The notes: generated by a model from the letters alone, not told the origin. DNA of 64,000 bases from Actinomycetes bacterium (GCA_021850325.1 JAJZMF010000048.1:141169-205168), one strand, 5' to 3'; shown: positions 38,236-48,878, counted from the first letter of the stretch. Made by a program: numbers and translations.

Positions 38236-41200
38236 TTAGCCGCTGGCGGCCTCTCTGTTCCACAAACACGCAGGTCCGAGCAGCACACGCAGTTCCGCCA
38301 GTAGACCGGCGGTGTTGTCCACGTTGAAGTCCTGGGGAAGGCGCACAACCTTGGAGCCCACGTGCAACAGCACGGGAGAGCGGCCCGGGTGGTCCGACAA
38401 CAGCTCCTTCAGCCGGGCCACGCGGGCATCGTCGAGAGCGTTGAGGGGTAGCACGACCTCGACCGGCTCCGCTCCGTCCAGGGCCAGCTGAGGGCGCTTG
38501 AGCTCGGCGCACACGAGCTTGGGCACCTCGTCCCGGACATCGAGCCGGCCCCTCACGCAGACCACCACGTCATCGGCGAGCAGGTGCCCGACCTCGGTCA
38601 TGGTGCGCGGGAACACGAACACCTCGATCGAGGACTCGAGGTCCTCCAGGACGAAGGTCGCCATGAGCTCGCCCCGCTTGGTGTACTTGCGGGCCAGCCC
38701 CGTCACCACGCCACCGACCCAGCGGTCCCCGCCCCAGGTGCCGGTGCCCGGCCCACCTTCGCCCTGCCCCGGCTCGCGTAGCTCGGCGATCGTGCAGTCC
38801 ACGACCCGCCGCAGGGCCGCCTCCGTCCCCACCAGCGGGTGGTCGCTCACATAGAGGCCGAGCATCTCCTTCTCGAACGCCAACTTGGTGTGCTTGTCGA
38901 ACTCCTGGTCGGGGACGGGCACCCTGCTGTCGTCGAAGATCTGCTCGTCGTCGCCCACGGAGCCGAAGAGGCTCATCACCCCCTGGTCCGCCTCCTTGCG
39001 GCGGGCCAGGGCCCGGTCGACCACCTGCTCGAACACCAGGCACAGGCCCTGTCGCGGCACGCCCAGGGAGTCGAAGGCGCCCGCCTTTACCAGGGACTCG
39101 ACCGTCCGTTTGTTGAGGACGACCGGGTCGACCCGGTTGCAGAAGTCGTAGAAGTCAGCGAACGGCCCGCCGGTGCCGCGCTCGGCAATGACCCGCTCCA
39201 CCAGGCCCTCGCCCACGTTCCGCACCGCCGACAGCCCGAAGGGTATGACCCCCTTGCCGTTCACGGAACGGCCCAGGGCGCCCGGCCCGGCTTGTCCCCC
39301 GCCCCGCACGGCGGTGAAATCGGATGCCGAAAGGTTCACGTCTGGGACGAGGACCTCGATGCCCATGGCCCGGCACTCGGCCAGGTAAACGGCCATCTTG
39401 TCCTTGTCGTCCTTGACGCTCGTCAGCAGGCACGCCATGTACTCGACGGGGTGGTTCGCCTTGAGCCAGGCCGTCCAATAGGCGACCAGGCCGTAGCCGA
39501 AAGCATGGCTCTTGTTGAAGGCATAGTCGGCAAAAGGCTCGATGATGTCGAACAGCGCCGTGCCCAGTTGCGCACCGTAACCGTTCGCCTCACAGCTGGC
39601 CACGAACTTTTCACGTTCTTTGGCCATGATCTCCCGCACCTTCTTGCCCGCTGCCTTGCGCAGGGTGTCGGCCTCCGCCAGCGAGTAACCAGCGAAGCGC
39701 TGGGCGACCCGCATCATCGACTCCTGGTAGATCATGAGCCCGTAGGTGTCCCCCAGGACCTCGGCCATGTCGGGATGGATGTGGGTGACCGGCTGCCGGC
39801 CGTTCTTGCGGTCGGCGTAGTCGTAGTGCATGTTGGCGGCCATCGGGCCCGGTCGGTAGAGGGCGACCAGAGCTGCCACGTCCTCTATGCAGGTCGGCGC
39901 CAGGGCACGCACCAGGGCTCGCATGTTCGCTCCTTCGAGCTGGAACACGCCCACCGTGTCCCCTCGCTGGAGCAGCTCATAGGTCGGCGTGTCGTCCACC
40001 GGGAGGTTGTCTATGTCGGGACGGTGACCGGTGTTGGCCTCGACCATGTCCAGCGTGCGCTCGATGACGCTCAGGTTCCGGAGGCCGAGGAAGTCCATCT
40101 TGAGCAGGCCAAGCTCTTCGACCGCGTGCATCTCGTACTGGGTGACGATGGGTGCGTCCTCGGGACGCCCGCCCGGCTCGGGCTTGCGCTGCACCGGCAG
40201 GTGCTCGGTGAGGGGGTCGTTGGAGATCACCACCGCCGCAGCATGGATGCCGTCCTGGCGCCGGAGCCCCTCCAGGCCCTTGGCGACGTCGACGACGCGC
40301 TGCACGTCCGGGTCGGACGCGTACATCTCCCGCAGCTCGGACGCCACCTTGTACCCGTCAGCGTGCTTGGGGTGCTCCTCGAAACAGGCCCACAAGGGCG
40401 TGTCGCGGCCCATGACAAGAGGTGGCATGGCCTTGGCCACCCGGTCCCCCAGGCTGTAGGGGTAGCCGAGCACACGCGCTGCGTCCCGCACGGCGGCCCG
40501 GGCCTTGATGGTCGAGAAGGTGACGATCTGGGCGACGTGGTCCCAACCCCAGCGCTCCGACGCATAACGGATCATCTCGGAGCGGTAGCGCTCGTCGAAG
40601 TCCATGTCGATATCGGGCATCTGCTTGCGCCCCGGGTTGAGGAAGCGCTCGAAGAGAAGGTCGTAACGGATGGGGTCGAGGTCGACGATGCGCAGGCAGT
40701 AGGCCACGCAGCAACCGGCTGCGCTACCACGGCCCGGCCCGACCCGGATACCCGATTCCCGGGCGTGCCTGATCAGGTCCCAGACGACGAGGAAGTAGTC
40801 CGAGAACCCCATGGAGGCGATGACCCCCAGCTCGAACTCCATGCGGTCCACCACCGCCTGGGGCAACGGCGAGCCGTAGCGGGCCTGGGCGCCCTGGGTG
40901 GTCAGGTGCCTCAGGTACTCGTCGGAGCTGGTGAAGCCGGCCGGTAGGGGGAACTCGGGCAACTTGGGCCTGCCCAGTTCGATGGTCACGTCGGCCCTCT
41001 CGGCCACCCACAGCGTGTTGTCGCACGCCTCGGGCACCTCCGAGAACAGCGCCCGCATCTCCTCGGACGTCTTCAGGTAGTGCTCGGACCCATCGAAGCG
41101 GAACCTCTTGGGGTCGTCCATGGCCGAGCCCGTTTGCACGCACAAGAGGGCGTCATGGGACAGGTGGTCCTCACGCGTGGTGTAGTGGCTGTCGTTCGTC

Positions 41201-41850
41201 GCGATCAGCGGGGCACCGATACGGCGCGCTATCGCCACCAGCTGTGGATTGGTCTTGTGCTGCTTCTCCAGGCCGTGGTCCTGGATCTCCACGAAGAGGT
41301 TGTCCCTCCCGAAGATGTCCTGCAGGCGCGCCGCATGGGCAGTCGCCTGCTCGAAGTCCCCCCGGAGCAGAGCCTGGTTGACCAGTCCGCCCAGGCAGCC
41401 CGTGGACGCTATGACGCCCTCGTGGTACCGCTCGAGGAGCTCCCAGTCCGCCCTGGGCTTGTACCAGTAGCCCGACAGGTAGGACTCCGAGGAGAGCTTC
41501 ATCAAGTTCTTGTAGCCGGTGTTGTCCTCCGCCAGCAGGGTGAGGTGGTAGTAGAGCTTGTCCCCCTCGTCGGCCTCCCCGCCTGTGTCGTCGACCCGGC
41601 CCCGCCGCATGGGGCGCTCCTGGCGGCTGTTGGCGGCCATGTAGGCCTCGATGCCGATTATCGGCTTCACGCCGGCCGACCGTGCCGCCTTGTAGAAGTC
41701 CAGGACCCCGTACATGTTGCCGTGGTCGGTGATGGCGATCGCCGGCTGGCCGTCGGCTGCGGCGCGCTTGACGACCTCCTCCACCCTCGCTGCTCCGTCC
41801 AGCATCGAGAACTCCGTGTGGAGGTGCAGGTGCGCAAAGGAAGCGCTCAC
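38236..41850 (-). CDS. dnaE: DNA polymerase III alpha subunit DnaE1
   Basis: PHP domain start FAHLHLHTEFSMLDGAARVEE, polymerase core motifs, 1204 aa. GTG start at 41850 preceded by GAAGGGGGTGG. Confidence 0.95.
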   Translation of the reverse strand: MSASFAHLHLHTEFSMLDGAARVEEVVKRAAADGQPAIAITDHGNMYGVLDFYKAARSAGVKPIIGIEAYMAANSRQERPMRRGRVDDTGGEADEGDKLYYHLTLLAEDNTGYKNLMKLSSESYLSGYWYKPRADWELLERYHEGVIASTGCLGGLVNQALLRGDFEQATAHAARLQDIFGRDNLFVEIQDHGLEKQHKTNPQLVAIARRIGAPLIATNDSHYTTREDHLSHDALLCVQTGSAMDDPKRFRFDGSEHYLKTSEEMRALFSEVPEACDNTLWVAERADVTIELGRPKLPEFPLPAGFTSSDEYLRHLTTQGAQARYGSPLPQAVVDRMEFELGVIASMGFSDYFLVVWDLIRHARESGIRVGPGRGSAAGCCVAYCLRIVDLDPIRYDLLFERFLNPGRKQMPDIDMDFDERYRSEMIRYASERWGWDHVAQIVTFSTIKARAAVRDAARVLGYPYSLGDRVAKAMPPLVMGRDTPLWACFEEHPKHADGYKVASELREMYASDPDVQRVVDVAKGLEGLRRQDGIHAAAVVISNDPLTEHLPVQRKPEPGGRPEDAPIVTQYEMHAVEELGLLKMDFLGLRNLSVIERTLDMVEANTGHRPDIDNLPVDDTPTYELLQRGDTVGVFQLEGANMRALVRALAPTCIEDVAALVALYRPGPMAANMHYDYADRKNGRQPVTHIHPDMAEVLGDTYGLMIYQESMMRVAQRFAGYSLAEADTLRKAAGKKVREIMAKEREKFVASCEANGYGAQLGTALFDIIEPFADYAFNKSHAFGYGLVAYWTAWLKANHPVEYMACLLTSVKDDKDKMAVYLAECRAMGIEVLVPDVNLSASDFTAVRGGGQAGPGALGRSVNGKGVIPFGLSAVRNVGEGLVERVIAERGTGGPFADFYDFCNRVDPVVLNKRTVESLVKAGAFDSLGVPRQGLCLVFEQVVDRALARRKEADQGVMSLFGSVGDDEQIFDDSRVPVPDQEFDKHTKLAFEKEMLGLYVSDHPLVGTEAALRRVVDCTIAELREPGQGEGGPGTGTWGGDRWVGGVVTGLARKYTKRGELMATFVLEDLESSIEVFVFPRTMTEVGHLLADDVVVCVRGRLDVRDEVPKLVCAELKRPQLALDGAEPVEVVLPLNALDDARVARLKELLSDHPGRSPVLLHVGSKVVRLPQDFNVDNTAGLLAELRVLLGPACLWNREAASG

Positions 41851-41966
41851 GTGCTAGCCACCCCCTTCTGGGTAGGCACATATCCCCAGGCCCGAACGCA
41901 CCCTGTGGGCGGACCTGTGGACAATTACAACGTTGTCGTTCGCCCTCAACTCTAGCGCGCTGGCCC

Positions 41967-41988
41967 TGCCCGGCCCTCCGGCCGGGCA
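41967..41988 (-). terminator. GC-rich hairpin 3 nt downstream of the Bpa-like gene stop
   Basis: tGCCCGGCC-CTCC-GGCCGGGCa forms a 9-bp perfect stem with a 4-nt loop. No U-tract, as is common in actinobacteria. Confidence 0.3.
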
Positions 41989-41991
41989 CGT

Positions 41992-42522
41992 TCAGAGGTA
42001 CGTACCGGGCATCGGGCGGTCCTCTCCGTCCTCCGCCCCACCCCGCCCGCTGGGAAGACCGCGCCGCCTGGCCTCCTCCAGTTGGGCGCGCTGGGCCATC
42101 TGCTGTGCGTACAGGGTGGCCTGTATCCCGTGGAACAGCCCCTCCAACCAGCCGACCAACTGAGCCTGGGCCACGCGCAGCTCCGACTCGCTCGGTACCT
42201 GTTCGGGGTGGAAGGCAGGGGCCATCCGGGCCAGCTCCGCCCTCAGGTCGGGCGACAGCCCTTCCTGCAGTTCGAGCAGTGAGGTGTCGTAGATCTCACG
42301 TAACCGCACCCGGCCCGCCTCGTCGAGCGAGGACTGGCGCACCTCCTCGAGGAGCTGGCGGATCATGGAGCCGATGCGCATCACCTTGGCCGGGCGCTCC
42401 ACTGTCTCGCCCTCCTCCTGGGCCTGAGGGGGCCTGCCTCCCGGGCCTTGAGCCGGTTCGGGGGCTCGTACGACGATCAGGTGCGGCTCGGGTGCGGGAG
42501 GGCTGTCGCTCACATGTGCCAT
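41992..42522 (-). CDS. bpa: Bacterial proteasome activator Bpa/PafE-like protein (DUF2587), C-terminus GTYL
   Basis: Core KVMRIGSMIRQLLEEVRQSSLDEAGRVRLREIYDTSLLELQEGLSPDLRAELARM...AQAQLVGWLEGLFHGIQATLYAQQM closely resembles my recollection of M. tuberculosis Rv3780 (Bpa). The C-terminal ...GTYL parallels the GQYL proteasome-docking motif. Confidence 0.6.
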   Translation of the reverse strand: MAHVSDSPPAPEPHLIVVRAPEPAQGPGGRPPQAQEEGETVERPAKVMRIGSMIRQLLEEVRQSSLDEAGRVRLREIYDTSLLELQEGLSPDLRAELARMAPAFHPEQVPSESELRVAQAQLVGWLEGLFHGIQATLYAQQMAQRAQLEEARRRGLPSGRGGAEDGEDRPMPGTYL

Positions 42523-42747
42523 ATTGGCGCATCGGGAGCCACTGCCTCCGGCTTGTCCCCCACCGCCCTGCGACCGGCCTTCCTGCCGGTCCGCCCACCG
42601 GCGGGAGCAGGCCGGTACCTAGCACCGAGCGCAGTGGAGGACAGCTTGGCATCTACACCAACCCAGGGCAGCGCACGTCTGGCCGCCGGTCACGCCGGGG
42701 GCACGGCGGAGCCCCTCGCCCTGTGGCACACCAGCCCGAGGGCCGCC

Positions 42748-43938
42748 GTGGCCGCCGTGATGGCGCTGGGCCTGGGCGCTTTCTGCTTCGTCACCACCGA
42801 GAACCTGCCCATCGGCCTGCTACCGGTCATCTCGTCCGGCCTGCACACCTCGGTGACCTCGGTGGGCCTGCTCGTGAGCGCGTACGCCGTCGTGGTGGTC
42901 GTGGCCTCCCCCCCCTTGACCCACCTCACCCGGCGGCTGCCCCGACGGGGGCTCATGGGGGCCCTCCTCGCCATCTTCGTGCTGGCGAACCTGGCCGCCG
43001 CCGCCTCCCCCGGTTACTGGTGGCTCTTCGGGGCACGGGTGGTGACGGCGGGCGCCCAGGCCGTCTTCTGGTCCGTCGGGCCTGTGACCGCGGTCAGCCT
43101 GTTCGGCCCGGAGGCCCGGAGCCGGGCGGTGGCCGGGGTCCTCGGCGGCTCCTCCACCGGTGTGGTGCTCGGGGTGCCTGCGGGTACCTGGCTCGGCCAG
43201 CAGGGTGGCTGGCGCCTACCGTTCGTCGTCCTTGCAGCCATGGGCGTGGTCGTCCTGGCCGGCATAGCCGTCGCCCTGCCCCGCTACCACCCCCGGGACA
43301 CCCATGCCGGTTCGGGTTCCCTGCCCAGCCGGCGGCGCTACCTGCTGCTGCTCGCCACCACGGTGCTCCTGGTGGCCGGCTTCGACACCTCGTACACCTA
43401 TGTGACCAGCTTCCTCACCCACGTCGCCGGGATAGCCGCCCGGGACGTGCCCTCGGCGCTCCTGGTGGCCGGCGCCGCGACCGGCCTCGGTGTGGTCGCC
43501 TCCGGGCTCGGCTTCCAGCGTTGGCCCCGCCTTTCCACGGTCTCCCCTGTGGCCGGGATGGCAGGCGGCCTGTTCGCCCTGTTCGCGCTGGGCACCCGTC
43601 CCGTGCCGGCCGTGCTCTTCGAGGCCGTGGCGAGCCTGGCCCTGGGAGCGTTCGTCATCGTCAACCAGAACCGCGTGCTCATGGTGGCCCCCGGCAGCAC
43701 CGACGCGGCCTCGGCCTGGACGTCGACCGCCTTCAACGTGGGCATAGCGGGGGGCTCGTTCACCGGGGGCCTGGTGATGCCGGCGCTCGGGGCGCGCTAC
43801 ACGGCACTGGTCGGGGCGCTACTGGCCCTGGGCGGGGCCCTTACGGTGGGCTACGACGACCTCAGCCACCACCGACCAGGGCCACCCACCCTGCATGCCC
43901 AGGGGGCGGAGGGCTCAGGCCGGGCCGGCCCAGGCTGA
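42748..43938 (+). CDS. MFS transporter (DHA1/sugar-efflux SotB-like), 12 TM
   Basis: AAVMALGLGAFCFVTTENLPIGLLPVISSGL... aligns with the SotB/YdeA N-terminus. Multiple hydrophobic helices. The start is uncertain (GTG at 42748, or upstream). Confidence 0.75.
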   Translation: MAAVMALGLGAFCFVTTENLPIGLLPVISSGLHTSVTSVGLLVSAYAVVVVVASPPLTHLTRRLPRRGLMGALLAIFVLANLAAAASPGYWWLFGARVVTAGAQAVFWSVGPVTAVSLFGPEARSRAVAGVLGGSSTGVVLGVPAGTWLGQQGGWRLPFVVLAAMGVVVLAGIAVALPRYHPRDTHAGSGSLPSRRRYLLLLATTVLLVAGFDTSYTYVTSFLTHVAGIAARDVPSALLVAGAATGLGVVASGLGFQRWPRLSTVSPVAGMAGGLFALFALGTRPVPAVLFEAVASLALGAFVIVNQNRVLMVAPGSTDAASAWTSTAFNVGIAGGSFTGGLVMPALGARYTALVGALLALGGALTVGYDDLSHHRPGPPTLHAQGAEGSGRAGPG

Positions 43939-44178
43939 ACCGGCAGGCGCCGGCGTCACGGCCACCGCCTCCCAGCGGCCCAGGTGCCCTGGCCGGAGCA
44001 TCACGCTGACACCGGTCCCCACCGCGACGTCCCGCGAGCCGTCGGTCAGTTCCGTGCAGTGGAAAGGCACCGAGCCGCCGTCGGGCAGGGCAACGGAGCC
44101 CAGGCCCACTTCGGCGTCGAACTCCCGGACCGTGCCGGCGAGGGACCGGCCCAGCCCCGCGCCGCCGGTGGCCACCAT
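43915..44178 (-). CDS. Divergent cold-shock-domain (OB-fold) protein
   Basis: GTVREFDAEVGLGSVALPDGGSVPFHCTELTDGS...VGTGVSVML follows the CspA pattern G-V-x-F-x-AE-G-G-I-x-DG...F-H....G..V, but lacks the aromatic RNP1/RNP2 residues. Confidence 0.45.
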   Translation of the reverse strand: MVATGGAGLGRSLAGTVREFDAEVGLGSVALPDGGSVPFHCTELTDGSRDVAVGTGVSVMLRPGHLGRWEAVAVTPAPAGSAWAGPA

Positions 44179-44179
44179 G

Positions 44180-45058
44180 TCAGGGGACGATCTTGGAGAT
44201 CGGCAGCTCGATGATGTCCGAGGCGCCGGCGTCCTTCAGCTCGGGTATCAACTTGTTGATGGAGCCCTTGGGGACCACGGTCTCCACCGCGTAGTTGCCG
44301 CCCCCGAAGAGCTCGGAGACGGTCGGGCTGCGCATGGCAGGCAGCAGGGAGATGACCCGGTCCAGGTCCTCCGCGCCCACGTTGAGCTTCACCAGCACCC
44401 GTCCTCTCGCCTTCAGCGCGCCCTGGAGCAAGGTGCTGATGTCCTCCATGGCCTTGCGCTTGGCCGGGTCGGCCGCCGCCGCCGGGTTGGCCACCAGCTC
44501 GGTGTACGACAGGAGCAGGGTCTCGATCACCCTCAGGCCCGCTGCCCTGAGCGCCCGGCCCGTCTCGGTGATCTCCACCACGGCGTCCGCGATCTCGGGC
44601 ACCTTGGCCTCCGTGGCCCCATAGGAGAGCACGACGTCGGCCTGCACCCCGTTGGCCTCGAAGTAGCGCTTGGTGAGCCGCGGGTACTCGGTCGAGACGC
44701 GCACACCGTCGGGCATGTCCCTCACCCCGGACCACGGGCTGTCGGCCGCTACGGCGAGCACGACCTGGATGGGGCGTGATGTGGCCTTGGAGTACTGGAG
44801 CTCGCCCAGGGACAGGACGTCCGCCCCCGTCTCCTCGACCCAGTCCCGGCCCGTGATGCCCAGGTCGAAGAGGCCATCGGCCACGTAGGACGGGATCTCC
44901 TGCGGGCGCAGCACGCGGACCTCGTCGATCCGGTGGTCGTTGACGCTGGCTCTGTAGTCAACGTCCGAGCTGCGGGTCACAGCCAGGTCCGCAGCTTCGA
45001 ACAGTTCGATGGTGGCCCGCTCGAGCGAGCCTTTGGGCAGGACGAGGCGTAGCACCTC
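44180..45058 (-). CDS. hisG: ATP phosphoribosyltransferase HisG (long form)
   Basis: LRLVLPKGSLERATIELFEAADL N-terminus, PRPP-binding region, and C-terminal regulatory domain. Confidence 0.9.
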   Translation of the reverse strand, partial: EVLRLVLPKGSLERATIELFEAADLAVTRSSDVDYRASVNDHRIDEVRVLRPQEIPSYVADGLFDLGITGRDWVEETGADVLSLGELQYSKATSRPIQVVLAVAADSPWSGVRDMPDGVRVSTEYPRLTKRYFEANGVQADVVLSYGATEAKVPEIADAVVEITETGRALRAAGLRVIETLLLSYTELVANPAAAADPAKRKAMEDISTLLQGALKARGRVLVKLNVGAEDLDRVISLLPAMRSPTVSELFGGGNYAVETVVPKGSINKLIPELKDAGASDIIELPISKIVP

Positions 45059-45065
45059 GCCGAGG

Positions 45066-45529
45066 CTAGTGCGGCTGCTCGCCGGCCAGCACGCTGAGGG
45101 CGTGCGGCAGGAGGTCCACGATGGCACCCAGGCACTCGAGCGCCCCCTTGGGCGAGCCGGGGAGGTTGACCACCAGCGCGCTCCCCCGGGTCCCGGCCAC
45201 GCCCCTCGACAGTGGCCCCAGAGGCCCGGAGCGGCGCATGGCCTCGGCCAGGCCTGGCGCCTGCCGGTCGAGCACCTCTGCGGTGCCCTCGGGCGTCATG
45301 TCCCGGGGCCCGAAACCGGTACCGCCCGTGGTCACGACCAGGCCCGTGAAGGACGAGGCCATGCGGGCCACGTCGCCCGCTACGGAAGCCCGGCCGTCGG
45401 CCACCCGGGACTGCTCGACCACCTCGAAGCCGGCATCGGCCAGGGCGCGGGCGACGGCAGGGCCGCTCTGGTCCTGACGGTCCCCCCGCACCACGGAGTC
45501 GGACACGGTGAGCACCTTGGCCTGGTAGT

Positions 45530-45533
<4 letters not shown>
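45066..45533 (-). CDS. mogA: Molybdenum cofactor biosynthesis protein MogA/MoaB family
   Basis: MNYQAKVLTVSDS...GLVVTTGGTGFGPRDMTPEGT GGTG motif. ATG at 45533 overlaps the rpe stop (ATGA). Confidence 0.85.
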
Positions 45534-46249
<716 letters not shown>

Positions 46250-46294
46250 CGGCGCCGAACCTAGTACGTCACGGCGACGCCGGCACGGCCGCCA

Positions 46295-47497
46295 CTAGGC
46301 GGGCCGGCGCAACGCCAGGAGGTACATGCCGTCGGTGCCCGCTCGCTGGGGCAGGAGACGCGCCCCGCTGCCCAGGGGCTCCCAGGGTGGTCCCACCGGC
46401 GCCTCCACCTGCCAGCCCGGCAGCAGGTCGGAGACCAACCACTCGCCCACGTCGGCGGTCTCCTCCCGGGTCAGCGTGCAGACGCTGTACACGAGCACCC
46501 CGCCCGGGGCCACCAGGGGCGCCGCCGCGCTCAGCAGTTCCCGCTGCAGGCCGGCCAGCCGGCCGATGTCGCCCGGCTGCACTCGCCACCGGGCATCGGG
46601 GCGACGACGCAGCACGCCCAGGCCCGTGCAGGGGGCGTCCACCAGGACAGCGTCGAACGCCCGGTCACGGAAGGGCGGGTGCCTGCCATCGGCCGTCACT
46701 ACAGCCAGGTTGCCCAGCCCGAGCCGCTGGGCGTTGCCCGCCACCACCTCGGACCGGGACCGGGCCACGTCGGCCGCCACCACCCCCGAGGCGTGATGGG
46801 CAACCAGCGTCGCCTTGCCGCCCGGGGCCGCGCACAGGTCGAGCGCCCTGCCCCCCGCCCCGCCGAGCAGGCCGACGACGTGCTCGGCAACTGCCTGGCT
46901 GGCCGGGTCCTGGGTGTAGCCGTCCTCCCGCACCGACACGGTGGGGGCCTCGTTCATCTTGGCCAGCGCTCCCGCGGCGTCCCGGGGGCCGAGGTCGGCG
47001 GCCAGGCGCTGCATGACCCAGTCCGGGTAGCTCATGCGCACCCCGGGGCTGGGCCACGGCACCGGGCCTTGCCCGACGAGCTCGGCCATCCGGCGCATGA
47101 CGGCGTTGACCAACGACCGTGCCCTGGGCGGGCACTCGTCGACCGTGGCCGCCACTGCCGCGTACGCAGGCACTCGCATGAAGGCGAGCTGGTAGGCGCC
47201 CGTGCGCAGGACAGCGCGGACCTCGGGTTCCAACGGGCCCTGGGCGAACCGGCCCACGAGCCAGTCGCAGGCCCGCATCATCCTCAGGGCCCCGTAGGTG
47301 AGCTCGGTGGCGAAGGCACGGTCCCGCTCGCCCAGGCCGGCAGCCCCGAGGAGGCGGGGCAGCACGACGTTGGAGCGTTCCCCCTCCTCCACTGCCAGCA
47401 GTGCGGTGACCGCGACCCGCCGAGCGGTCGGGTGAACGGGCCCCTCCCGCGCCTGGCCCCGGGGCCGGCGGGCGACCGGCAGGCGCGCCGACGGCAC
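46295..47497 (-). CDS. rsmB: 16S rRNA (cytosine967-C5)-methyltransferase RsmB/Sun family
   Basis: NusB-like N-terminal region plus SAM MTase (LDLCAAPGGKAT...VLVDAPCTGLGVLRRRPD...LVYSVCTL). Confidence 0.85.
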   Translation of the reverse strand: MPSARLPVARRPRGQAREGPVHPTARRVAVTALLAVEEGERSNVVLPRLLGAAGLGERDRAFATELTYGALRMMRACDWLVGRFAQGPLEPEVRAVLRTGAYQLAFMRVPAYAAVAATVDECPPRARSLVNAVMRRMAELVGQGPVPWPSPGVRMSYPDWVMQRLAADLGPRDAAGALAKMNEAPTVSVREDGYTQDPASQAVAEHVVGLLGGAGGRALDLCAAPGGKATLVAHHASGVVAADVARSRSEVVAGNAQRLGLGNLAVVTADGRHPPFRDRAFDAVLVDAPCTGLGVLRRRPDARWRVQPGDIGRLAGLQRELLSAAAPLVAPGGVLVYSVCTLTREETADVGEWLVSDLLPGWQVEAPVGPPWEPLGSGARLLPQRAGTDGMYLLALRRPA

Positions 47498-48363
47498 TAC
47501 AGGCCCAACCTCTCGTCAGCGCCCAGGTGCGCCCCGCGCGCCCAGTCCTGCGCCGGCATGGCCACCCGTCCCTCGGGCTGCACCTCGAGGAGCTCCAGCG
47601 CTCCCGGCCGGCAACCCACCATGGTCCCCTCCAGCTGGCCGGGCGCCAGCGGGGCCCCGCCGGGCCCGGCCGCCGCGGCCCGGTGCACGATCAGCCTCCG
47701 GCCCCGCAGCGTCGTCCAGGCCCGCCCGGCCCGGACCAGCCGGGCGTTGTGCTCGGCCGGTAGGCCGAAGTCCAGCCTCAGTTCGTCGACCTGCACCTTG
47801 TCGGCGTAGGTGGGCTCGCCCACCTGGGCGCGGGGCTCGGGGAGCCCTTCGGCCAATGCCCGCAGGAGCATTCCCGTACCCAGCTCGCCCAAACGGCCCC
47901 GCAGCTGGGCGGCCGTCTCGTCCGGCCCGACCGTCACCTCGGCGCACCGGTAGACCGGGCCCGTGTCGAGGCCCTCCTCGAGCTTCATGAGGCACGCTCC
48001 GGTCACCGGGTCGCCAGCCATGATCGCCCTTTCGACCGGCGCAGCCCCGCGCCAGCGTGGGAGCAGGGAAAAGTGCAGGTTGACCATCGGGAGCTCCGCA
48101 AGCACCTCGGGCCTCACCAGGCGCCCGTAGGCCACCACCACCCCGAGGGCCGCCTCCAGGCCCAGAGCCTCCTCCGGCTTGTGGAAGAGCCGCAAGCGGT
48201 GCTCCAACGCAACCTCGGCCACCGGGCTCGGGGACAGGCCGGCCCCCCTGCCCCGGCGCTTGTCCGGCCTGGTGACCACGCCGACCACATCGTGGCCGGC
48301 CGCCAAAATGGCGCGCAGTACCCGGGCGGCCACCTCGGGGGTCCCGAGGAAGACCAGCTTCAC
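47497..48363 (-). CDS. fmt: Methionyl-tRNA formyltransferase
   Basis: MKLVFLGTPEVAARVLRAI...VNLHFSLLPRWRGAAPVERAIMAGD SLLP motif. Confidence 0.93.
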   Translation of the reverse strand: MKLVFLGTPEVAARVLRAILAAGHDVVGVVTRPDKRRGRGAGLSPSPVAEVALEHRLRLFHKPEEALGLEAALGVVVAYGRLVRPEVLAELPMVNLHFSLLPRWRGAAPVERAIMAGDPVTGACLMKLEEGLDTGPVYRCAEVTVGPDETAAQLRGRLGELGTGMLLRALAEGLPEPRAQVGEPTYADKVQVDELRLDFGLPAEHNARLVRAGRAWTTLRGRRLIVHRAAAAGPGGAPLAPGQLEGTMVGCRPGALELLEVQPEGRVAMPAQDWARGAHLGADERLGL

Positions 48364-48878
48364 CGCCCGGCCGGGCCCTGCTGCTGCTCCGTCTCAGCCC
48401 TTCGGCGTAGCTCCTTCATCGCCACCTTGCGCTGGTCGTCGTCGAGCAGGTCCAGCAGCAGGCGGCCGTCGAGGTGGTCGAGCTCGTGCTGGTAGAGCTT
48501 GGCCTCGAGGTCCTCGGCCTCCACCGACACCTCGTTGCCATCGAGGTCGTAGCCCTTGATGTGGACCCGCTTGGCCCGCCGGATGGGGAAGTACATGCCG
48601 GGCACCGAGAGACAGCCCTCCTCGTACTCCCATTCGCCGTCCTGCTCGTCGATCACCGGGTTCACCATCACCCGGGGCCCGCTCTCGCCGATCTCGTACA
48701 CGAAGAGCCGGCGCCCTACGCCGACCTGGGGGGCCGCCAGGCCCAGCCCGTTCGCCTCGTGCATGGTCACCAACATCTCCTGGGCCAGTTGCGCGACGCG
48801 GCCGTCGATGTCGGTGACCTCCTCCGCCCGTCGCTTGAGGACCGGGTCGCCGAAGGTCCTGATCCGGTAGCCAGCCAT
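48360..48878 (-). CDS. def: Peptide deformylase
   Basis: GLGLAAPQVG, EGCLSVPG and QHELDHLDG motifs. ATG at 48878. The rest of the 510-aa track ORF is antisense to glyA and spurious. Confidence 0.93.
   Translation of the reverse strand: MAGYRIRTFGDPVLKRRAEEVTDIDGRVAQLAQEMLVTMHEANGLGLAAPQVGVGRRLFVYEIGESGPRVMVNPVIDEQDGEWEYEEGCLSVPGMYFPIRRAKRVHIKGYDLDGNEVSVEAEDLEAKLYQHELDHLDGRLLLDLLDDDQRKVAMKELRRRAETEQQQGPAGR

Noticed and set aside
38839-40947. 702-aa plus-strand ORF inside dnaE
   Set aside because: It is entirely antisense to DNA polymerase III alpha, which is unambiguous on the minus strand. It is a GC-bias artefact.
42105-44009. 634-aa plus-strand ORF overlapping the MFS transporter gene in another frame
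   Set aside because: It is an alternative frame of the real MFS gene (42748..43938). Its product is Arg/Pro/Gly-rich without TM character.
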